In this document: positions 54,098 through 64,000 of the stretch, one piece after another
Layout: each line of letters begins with the position of its first letter
Position numbering within the stretch: position 1 is the stretch's first letter
Assembly (NCBI RefSeq): GCF_009914755.1
Contig: NC_060947.1
Length of the DNA: 64,000 nucleotides
Reading direction: 5' to 3' (one strand)
Source of the DNA: the human T2T-CHM13v2.0 reference genome, Homo sapiens
Made by a program: the position numbers and the translations under genes
Notes under the pieces: generated by a model
Seen by the model: only the letters and a program-made list of their open reading frames with translations
What the model was told of the DNA's origin: nothing
The model's database searches: none

Positions 54098-55139
54098 ATA
54101 CCACTAAGGTAACAAAAGAAAACAGAAAAAACTGATTTTTAAAATATTCTTAGGAGTGTTTTGTAAGCATGATGCATACTCGCAGAGTCATTAAACAAGA
54201 GACAGAGACAATTGACTAAATTAAAATTTAAAATTTTCCATGTATCAAAATACCATTAACGAAGCCAAAAGATAAGTGGCAGACAAACTACTTCCAAACA
54301 TATATGGCAAATAATAGAAATACTCGATATATAGAGAGGTTTTACAAACAAGTAAAATAAATTTAGTAACACATAAGATAAATGGGCAAGGAACATCTAT
54401 GTAAAAAATGCAAATTACTTCTAAATATATTAAAAGATGATCAATTTATCCATAGAAACAGAGATACAAAATTAAAGTAAAAGAAATGATCATTATTTAA
54501 CTATGACTGCAAAGGATTATAAAAAACTATACTGTGTTAGTTCCGGATGTGAAAAGACTCTCTCATTCATTCTTGGTGGTAGTTAAACCATGACACTCTC
54601 TATGAAGGAAAATTTGGCAATGTTTATCAACATTGTAAATGTACAAACATGTGATCAGTGATTCTAGTAACAGCCATTTATCCTATGACTTTACATGTAC
54701 ATGAGCAATAATGTGTATATGAAGATAATGCCTTCAAAATTACTTGTAATAGCAAAAGACGGCAAACAACTTTGGGACTATTTACATAAATTGTGAGATA
54801 TCCATATATTTGAATATCATGCAGCTATTAAAAATAATGAGTGAAAGCTATTCATGCTGAAATGGAAAGATCACCAAGAGACATTGTTAAATAATAAAAC
54901 CAAAGTTAAAAACAGTGTGTAGAATATGAGATCATGTGTGGGAGAAAAGGCAGAAGGATAAAAATATACAAATATGCTCTATACAAACAGAACAGCTCTT
55001 GAAAGACACACAAAATAATTGCAGTAGTTACTTCTAAGAAGGATGAATTGGGGGCTGGGGTAGTGAGAAAGGGCAATTTATTCTTCAGTGTATAACCTTT
55101 GATAGCTTTTCCTTTTTAATTCATGTGCACATATTATTA

Positions 55140-55536
55140 AATTCTAGTGTTCTGCACCTCATAGGATGACTATAGTTAGCAACAAGTTATTATATAGTTT
55201 CAAATAGCTAGAAAAAGGATATTGAATGTTCCCAACACAAAGAAATGATCAATGTTTGAGATGATGAATATGCTAATTACCCTGATTTTATCACTATACA
55301 TTAAATGCATTGAAACATCTCTAGGTACCCCATGAATACATACAATTGTTATTTGTCAATTAAAAAAATAAAATCTAAAAAGAAAAGTAGAGAAATTAGT
55401 TAATGGATACAGTGTACATTATTTGGGTGATGGACACCCTAAAAGCCCTGACTTGACCACTACGAAACCTATGCATGTAACAAAATTGCACGTGTATTTC
55501 ATACATTTATATCAAAAATAAAAAATAAAAACAAAA
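55140..55536 (+). mobile_element. Two back-to-back short L1 3' ends (L1MA4/5-like 55140-55385; L1PB-like 55390-55536)
   Basis: aatgttcccaacacaaagaaatgatcaatgtttgag...A tail, then atttgggtgatggacaccctaaaagccctgacttgaccac...A tail. Confidence 0.8.
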
Positions 55537-58136
55537 GCAGGATAGTCTGGAGAAATACAAAATGTATATAAAGTAAGAAAAAGGTCAAATTTTGGAAACT
55601 TCTGTGATGTACATTCTTTGAAAGGTTAGCATTTCCACATAAACACCAAGAGGACAGAAAGCTTGGATGTTAAGGGGAAAAAAATAAAGTACAAAATTGT
55701 TCCAGCCTAGTTTTCCAATTTATTCAAATTCTGATGAAAAAAATACATACTCCTAATGAGAAAATAGTAGAGCTAAATTTTAACTATGACTCCTGTAAAG
55801 CACAAACTGAAAGTTGCCAACTGTCCATAGAAAGGCAAGATCTACAATTATAGGGAAGGGAGAAGTAATGAACAAATAGATTCTGGACTAGACCTTCTGT
55901 ATACTTTCTCTTTTAATCTTAATGGCAAATGTGTATAGATGAAGAATCAAACTTATAGAGAATAACAGATTTGCTCAAGGTGACATGGCTGGTGACTCTG
56001 AGAAAGCAAAAAGATAACAGTTCAATCTCCATGTTATTTCACAGAGGGCTACTGATTAAAAAGAACAGGAAGAATGAGGATGAAGAGCAGGATGGTGATA
56101 TAGAAGGCTCCACCGATTGTTCCCCCAGCAAGGACACCAAGTTAACAACTATCTACACAGAAAAAACACATTCATAAGAACAAAAAATCACGTGAGTACT
56201 CATAGTACCTGGTTTTAACTTCATATCACTGAAACAGGCACTGAAGAGATAGAAAAAAAAGAGTCCAGAATTGATGACATTACCCCTCCCCCACCTGCTG
56301 CAGCAGCTGCATGGTGCCAACAGCATCTCTGGGCACTGAGGGAGAGAGAGCGTAGCAATCGTGATGGATTGAACTCGGTGCTGTTCTGTTAGAACACAAA
56401 GGAAAACCAGACCAAACTCAGCTAATGTCCGCCCACAGAGGGAGCATTTAAACCAGCCCTAGCCAGAGGGGAATCACCCATCCCAGTGGTCCAAATTTGA
56501 GTGCTTGTTAACCTTGCCACCAAGGGCTACAGCATTCTGTGCCTCCAAGTAAACTTGAAAGGCAGTCTAGGCCATGAGGACAGCAAATTTTAGGCAAGAC
56601 CTAGGGCTGGACTAGGCCTAGAGACAGTGGACTTGGGGGGCATGTGAAATACTGTGACATCAGCTGGGATCAGCCAAGGGAGTGCTTGCATCACCCCTTC
56701 CCTAACCTCAGGCAGCACAGTTTGTGTCTCCAAAAGACACCCCTTCCTTCTGCTTGAGGAGAAGAGAGTGAAGAGTAAGGAGGACTTTGTCTGGCATCTA
56801 GGATACCAGTCTAACCACATCAGATAGGGCACCAGTCAGAATTGTGAGGTCCCCGTTCCAGGCTCTAGCTCCCAGACAACATTTCTAGACATATCCTGGT
56901 CAAGAAGGGAACCCACTGCCTTGAAGGAAAGGATCCAGTCCTGGCAGCGTTCTTCACCTGCTAACTGAAGAGCCCTTGAGCCCTGAATAAGCAGCAGTGA
57001 TACTCAAGTACTACATCGAGGACCTTGGTGAGCCTCTAAGACTTGCTGGCTTCAGATGAGACTCAGCACATTACCAGCTGTGACAGCTATTAGGCAAAAC
57101 TCCTTCTGCTTGAGAAAAGCAGAGAGAAAAGTAAAGTGGACTGTCTTGCACCTTAGGTACTAGCACAACCACAGGGGAATAGGGCACCAAGAGGGCTCTT
57201 GGAGTCCGTAATTCCAGGACTTGATTCTTGGATGGCATTTCTGGACCTGCCCTGGGACATAGGGGAGCCCACAGCCCTGAAGAATGAGTCCCAAGCCAGG
57301 CAGCATTCACAACAAGCTTACTTAAGAGACCTTGGGCCTTAAGGGAACATCAAGAGTGGTCTGGCAGTACTCCTCATGGCCTGAGGTGGGGGTGCCTATG
57401 GGGTGAGAACTCCTCTGCCTTTGGAAAGGGGAGAGAAGAATGGGAAGGACTACCAGACTGTTATCTTGTGGTTTGAGTGCCAGCTCAGCTGAAATACAAT
57501 AGAACACCAGGTATACTTCTAAGGCTTTTGACTGTAGCCCCTGACTCTTGGACAGCACTTCCGAACCCAGCTGAGGCCTGGGGAACTTCTCTGCTCTGAA
57601 GGAAAGGACACAGGCCTGGTTGGCTTTAACATCTGCTGATTGTAGAGCTCCAGGGTCATGAGGAAACACAGGCAGTGGACAGGGAGTGGTTATAGCAGGT
57701 CTTGGGTGAGACCCAGAACTCTACTGGCTTCAGACCTGACTCAGTGCAGTCATAGTGGTGGTGACCACAGGTACTTATGTCACTCCACCCCAGCCCCAGG
57801 TGGCTTTGAACACAAAGAAAAACTATGCGTAGGAGAAACTAAGGGAAGAGAAAAAGTCTCTGCCGGCTAATCCAGAGAATTCTGGATCTTGTCCAAGACC
57901 GCAAAGGTGGTACCTCTACAAGTCTGCAAAAACCATGGCATTATAGGGCTTGGGGTGCCCCCAAAAGCAGATATAGCTTAGAGCACAATACCCAGGTTCT
58001 TTTAAATATTTGGAAAGCCTTCCCAAGAAGGACAGCTGCAAATAAACCCAGACAGTGAAGACTACAATAAATACCTAACTCTTCAGTGCCTAGACACCAA
58101 AGAAAATCTACTAGCTTCAACACCATCCAGGAAAAC

Positions 58137-59052
58137 ATGTCCGCACCAGATAAACTAAATAAGCCACCAGGGACCAATCCTGAAGAAACAGAGATATGCG
58201 ACCTTTCAGACAGATAATTCAAAATAGCTGTGTTTGTTGAGAAAACTCAAAAAAATTTAAGAGACACAGAGAAGGAATTCAAAATTCTATCAGATAAATT
58301 TAACAAAGAAATTGAAATACCTAAAAAGAATCAAGGAGAAATTCTGGAGATGAAAAATGCAACTGGCATACTCAAAATGCATGAGAGTCCTTCAATAGCA
58401 GAAGTGATCAAGCAGAAGAAAGAATTAGCAACCTTCAAGACAGGCTATTTGAAAATACAGTCAATGGAGAAAAAAAAGAATAAAAAACAATGAAGCAAGC
58501 CTACAAGATCTAGAAAATAGCCTCAAAAGGGAAAATCCAGGGTTACTGGCTTTAAAGAGGAAGTAGAGAATGAGATAGGGAGAGAAAGTTTATTCAACAG
58601 GATAATAAGAGAGATGTTCCCAAACTTAGAGAAAGATATCAATATCCAGGTACAAGAAAGTTATAGAGCACCAAGCAGATTTAATCAAAAGAAGATTACA
58701 TCAAAAGATTTAATAAGCAAACTCTCAAAGGTCAAGATTAAAGAAGGGATCCCAAAAGCAGCAACAGAAAGTAAACACATAACATACAATGGAGCTCCAG
58801 TATATCTGGCAGCAGACTTTTCAGTGGAAACTTTATAGGTCAGGAGAGAGTGGCATGACATAATTAAAGTGCCGAAGGGAGGAAAAAAAACGTTTTACCC
58901 CAGAATAGTATATCTGGTGAAAATGTCCTTCAAACATAAAGGAGAAATAGTCTTTCCTAGACAGAGGATAGCTGAGGGATTTCATCAACACCAGACCTGT
59001 CCTACAAGGAATGATTAATGAAATACTTCAGTCAGAAAGAAAAGGACATTAA
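58137..59052 (+). pseudogene. L1 ORF1 (disrupted)
   Basis: Fragments FPNLEKDINIQVQESYRAPSRFN and ITYNGAPVYLAADFSVETL. Confidence 0.85.
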
Positions 59053-59553
59053 TGAGCAATAAGAAATCACTTGAAGGTTCAAAACTCACAGGTAATAGTA
59101 AATACACAGAAAAACACAGAATATTATAACAATGTAACTGGGCATGTAAACTATTCTTATACTAAGTAAAAAGACTAAACAATAAACAAATCAAAAATAA
59201 TAACTAGAACAACTTTTCAAGACATAGTACAACAAGATAGAAATAGAAACAACAAAAGCTTAAGACATGGGGAAACAAAGTTAAGGTGTAGAATTTCTAT
59301 TAGTTTTTTTTTCCTTGTTTATTTATGCAAATAATGTTAACTCGTCATCAGTTTAAAATAATAGGTTACACGATAGTATTTGCAAGCCTCATGGTAACCT
59401 CAAACCAAAAAACATACAATGGATACACAAAAAAATGAAAAGCAAGAAACCAAATTATATCTCCAGAAAAAAATTACATTCACTATAGAAAGACAGGAAG
59501 GAAAGAATGAAGGAAGAGAAGACCATAAAATCACTAGTAAACAAATTAAAAAA

Positions 59554-62500
59554 TGACAGAAGTAAGTCCTTATTTATCAATAATAACAATGAATGTAAAT
59601 TGACTAAACTCTCCAATCAAAAGACATGGACTGGCTGAATGAATAACAAAACAAGATCCAATGATCTGTTGCCTACAAAAAACATATTTCACCTATAAAG
59701 ACACACATAGACTGAAAATAAAGGAATGGAAAAAGATATACCATGCCAACAGGGATCAAAAAAGAGCAGGAGTCTCTATACTTATATCAGACAAAATAGA
59801 TTTCAAGACACAAACTATAAGAAGAAACAAAGAAGGTCACTATATAATGATAAAGGGGTCAATTCAGCAAGAGGATAAAACAATTTTAAATATATATGCA
59901 CCCAACACTGGAGCACCCAGATATAACAAGGAAATATTAGCACTAAAGACAGAGATAGACCCCAATACAATAATAAGAGCTAGAGACTTCAACACCCCAC
60001 TTCCAGCATTGGACAAATCTTCCAGTCAGAAAATCAACAAGGAAACATCAGACTTAATCTGCACTATAAACTATATGGCTCTAACAGATATTTACAGAAC
60101 ATTTCATCCAAAAGCTGCAGACTACACATTCTTTCCTCAGCACATGGATCATTCTCAAGGATAGACCATATGTTGAGTCACAGAAAAGTCTTAAAACATT
60201 CAAAAAATTAAAATAATCAAGCATCTTCTTGGACCACAATGGAATAAAACTAGAAATCAATAAGAGGAATTTTGGAAACTATACAAATACATGGAAATTA
60301 AACAATATAAACCTGAATGACCAGTGGGTCAATGAAGAAATTAAGCAGGAAAACAAAAACTTTCTTGAAACAAATAATAATGGAAACACAACATACCAAA
60401 ACCTCTGTGATACAGCAAAAGCAGTAATCAGAGGGAAGTTTATAGCTGTAAGTGCCTACATCAAAAAAGAGAAAAAATTTCACATGAGCAATCTAATCAT
60501 GCATCTTAAAGAATTAGAAAAACCCAAAATAAGTAGAAGAAAAAAACAATAAAGATCAGAGGAGAAACCAACAGAATTGAAATGAACAAAACAACACAAA
60601 AGATTAATGAAACAAAAAGTTGGTTTTTTGAAAAGTTAAATAAAATAGACAAACCTTTAGCCAGACTACCTAAGAAAAAAGAGAGAAGATATAAATAAAA
60701 TCAGAAATGGAAAAGGGAATATTACAACTGATACTGCAGAAATTCCAAGGATAATTAATGGCTACTATGAGCAACTATATGACAATAAATTAGAAAATCT
60801 AGAAAAAAAATGGACACACTTTTAGATATATACAACCTACCAAGATTGAACCAGGAAGAATAAAAAACCTGAACAGAGCAACAAGAAGTAACAAGATTGA
60901 AGCCATAATTAAAAGTCTGTCAGTAAAGCAAAGCCTCAGACCCAGTGATGTCACTGCTGAATTCTACAAAATATTTAAAGAAATAATACCAATCATACTG
61001 AAACTATTCTGGAGGAAGGAATACTTCCAAAAGATTCTACAAGGCCAGTATTACCCTGATACCTAAAACATACCGAAAACACAAAGACACACCAAAAAAA
61101 AGAAAAAAGAAAACTACAGGCCAATATCTCTGTGAATATTGAGGCAAAAGTCTTCAAAAAATACTAGCAAAACAAATTTAACAATATATTAGAAAGATTA
61201 TTCATCATGATGAAATGGGGTTTATCCCTGGGATGCAAGGATCATTCAATGTGCACGAATCAATCAATTTGATACACCATATCCACAGAATAAAGGATAA
61301 AACCATATAATCATTTCAATTGAGGTTATAAAATCATTTGATAAAATTCAACAACCTTTATGATAAAAGCCCTAAAAAAACTGGATATAGAAGGAACATA
61401 CCCCAATGTAATAAAAGCCATATATGACAGACCCACAGCTAGTCTCATACAGAATGCAGAAAAACTGAAAGGCTTTCCTCTAAGATCTGGAACTCAACAT
61501 GGATGCCCACTGTCACCACCGTTATTCAACATAGTACTAAAAGTCCTAGCTAGAGCAAGGACTTTTCTTGCTCTGTTTTATAGAGAAAGAAATAAAAGTC
61601 ATCCAAAGTGTAAAGTTAGAAGTTAAATTATGCTTGTTTGCAAATAATATAATCTTATATTTGGAAAAACCTAACGAGTCCATAAGAAAACTATTAGAAC
61701 TGGTAAAAAAAAAAAAATTGAGTAAAATTGCAAGATACAAAAGCCACATATAAAAATCAGTAGCATTTTTATATGCCAACAGTGAACAAGGTGAAAAAGA
61801 AATAAAAAATTTAATCCCATTTACAATAGTCACACATAAAAGTAAATACCTAACAATTAACTTAAAAAAGAAGTTAGAGATCTTTATAATGAAAACTATA
61901 AAACATTGATGAAAGAAATTGAAAAGAACACCAAAACATGGAAAGATATTCCATGTTCATATTCTGGAAGAATCAATGTTGTTAAAAATGTTCAAACTAC
62001 ACAAAGCAATCTACAGATTCAATGTAATCCCTATCAAAATATCAATGACATTCTTCGTAAAAACACAAAAAACAATCCTAAATTTATATGGAAACATGAA
62101 AGATCAAGAATAGCCAAAGCTATCCTGAGCAAAAAGGAAAAGACTAGATGAATCACATTACCTGACTTCAAACCATACTACAGAGCTATGGTAACCAAAG
62201 CTGCACATTACCTGACTTCAAATCATACTACAGAGCTATAGTAAACAAAGCAGCATGGTGCTGGTGTAAATACAGACACATAGAACAATGGAACAGAATA
62301 GAGAACCCAGAAACAAATCCAAACATCTACAGTGAACTGATTTTTGACAAAGATGCCAAGAACATACATTGGAGGAAAAGAGAGTCTCTTCAATAAATGG
62401 TGCTGGGAAAGCTGGTTATCCATATGCAAAGGAATTAAACTAGAACCTTATCTCTCACCATATCCAAAAATCAACTCAAAGTGGATTTATGACTTAAATC

Positions 62501-63135
62501 TAAGACCTCACTCTATGAAACTACTGCAAGAAAACATTAGGGAAAATCTCCAGGATATTGATCTGGGCAAAAGTTTCTTGAGCGATAACCCATAGGCACA
62601 GGCAACCAAAGCAAAAATGGACAAAAGGAATTACATCAAACTAAAAAATCTTCTTTACAGCAAAGAAAATAATTAACAAAATGAAGAGACAAACCCCAGA
62701 ATAGGATAAAATGTTTGCCAACTACCCATCTGACAAGGGATTAATAACAAGAATATATAAGGAGCTCAAACAAATCTATAGGAAAAAATCTGTTAACCCG
62801 ATTAAAAAATGGGCAAATATTTGAATAGACATTTCTCAAAAGAAGACATACAAATGGCAAGCAGGCATGTTAAAATGTATTCACCATCATTGGTCATCAG
62901 ATTCAGCAATCCCACTGTTGGGTATATACCCAAAACAACAGAAATCAGTATATGGAAGAGATAGCTGCACTCCCATGTTTGTTGTAGCACTGTTTACAAT
63001 AGCAAAGATTTGGAAGCAACCTAAGTGTCCATCAACAAATGAATGGATAAAGAAAATGTGGTACTTATACATAATGGAGTACTATTCAGCCATAAAAAGA
63101 ATGAGATCCAGTCATTTGCAACAACATGAATGGAA
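59554..63135 (+). pseudogene. L1 ORF2 endonuclease/reverse transcriptase (disrupted)
   Basis: EN: ICCLQKT...NIYAPN...DFNTPL...[11 protein letters not shown]: [13 protein letters not shown], with catalytic FADD degraded to FANN. Many stops and frameshifts. Confidence 0.92.
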
Positions 63136-63689
63136 CTGGAGATCATCATGTTAAATGAAATAAGTCAGGCACAGAAAGACAAACATTGAATGTTCTCACT
63201 TATTTGTGAAATAAAAAAAAATCAAAACAATTGAACTCATGGACATAGAGAGTGGAAGGATGGTTACCAGTGTCTGGGAAGGGGGTTGTGGGGGAGGTGA
63301 GGATAGTTAATGGATACACACAAAATATAAAGAATGAATAACATCTACTATTTGATAGAACAATACAGTGACTATTGTCAATAATAATTGTACATTTTAA
63401 AACAACTTACAGTGTAATTGATTTGTTTGTAACTCAAAGGATAAATGCGTGAGGGGATGGATACCCCATTCTCCGTGAGGTACTTATTTCACATTGCATT
63501 CCTGTATCAGAACATTCATGTATCCCATAAATATATTCATCTGCCATGTACCCACACAAATTAAAAATAAAAATAATTTAAAAAGAAAAAAGAACAGTTT
63601 TGACCCTTCTTACCTGCTCAGGATATGTTTAATGAAATCCAGTAACATACGTCTCTTTTGCCCCTCATAGGCAATCTTATATTCACCAT

Positions 63690-63875
63690 TCTTCCCCCCT
63701 CAAAGAATATGAAGTTCACAATTAGGAGAAGAGGCTTCATCTCTACAAATTCCAATTCCTTATCCAATAAAATGGGAAGCACCTATTTAGTAGGGCTGTC
63801 ATAAGGATTTAAAATAAATTCTGTAAATTGCCTGGCACATCATAGATAATCAATACATGGCAAGCCTTACCACTA
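63690..63875 (+). mobile_element. MIR SINE
   Basis: ttccttatccaataaaatggg...ataaggatt...tgcctggcacat. Confidence 0.65.
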
Positions 63876-64000
63876 TTACCATGATCAATTGAAAGTGAAA
63901 TTTGCATGGGCAACAGTGGGATTCTGATTCCAGATTATGAAAATTTCTGGTAGCAAAATAATGAAGGATTTAAGAATGTGAGCTCTGGAGTCACACTGAC

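Larger units (their letters stand above)
52020..55140 (+). mobile_element. Old L1ME-type ORF2 3' part and 3'UTR, interrupted by LTR12C
   Basis: aaattattcaacaagtagtattgggccaactg...cttcactcttataccaaaataaat before the LTR; sequence continues after it. Confidence 0.7.
56069..63586 (+). mobile_element. Full-length degenerate L1MA1-3 (L1MA2-like) LINE-1, about 7.5 kb
   Basis: About 2-kb 5'UTR, ORF1 and ORF2 remnants, 3'UTR ggggatggataccccattctcc and A tail; TSD aaaaagaacag at 56058-56068 and 63587-63597. Confidence 0.95.

Noticed and set aside
59661-60552. Longest ORFs (167 and 107 aa) as genes
   Set aside because: Fragments of a disrupted L1 ORF2; catalytic motifs are degraded.

Overview
This is primate (human-like) genomic DNA that is AT-rich, CpG-poor and dominated by interspersed repeats, consistent with an intergenic region or deep intron. 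I find no intact protein-coding gene, RNA gene or CRISPR array. The supplied ORFs are Alu, L1, Tigger1, THE1 or LTR12 translations, or chance ORFs. The main elements are: a full-length Tigger1 (7109-9483); a heavily nested minus-strand L1MB-type region (13640-19130); a complete two-LTR THE1D-type element with target-site duplication (TSD) (38581-40734); a CpG-rich LTR12C/ERV9 solo LTR with TSD (52683-54097); and a full-length degenerate L1MA2-type LINE with TSD (56069-63586). There are also about ten Alu/monomer insertions, many MIR/L2 relics, MaLR solo LTRs, hAT/Tc-mariner fossils and a probable ancient RTE-X (L4-like) reverse transcriptase fossil. I see no convincing new biological system. 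The observations most worth checking are a serial fold-back templated insertion in L1 ORF2, an orphan 22-bp exact L1 fragment, a candidate microexon with four stacked splice donors, an LTR12C promoter with a donor just outside it, and a possible Alu-interrupted retrocopy at the window start. Repeat subfamily names come from recalled consensus sequences, not an alignment run, and boundaries of old repeats are approximate.
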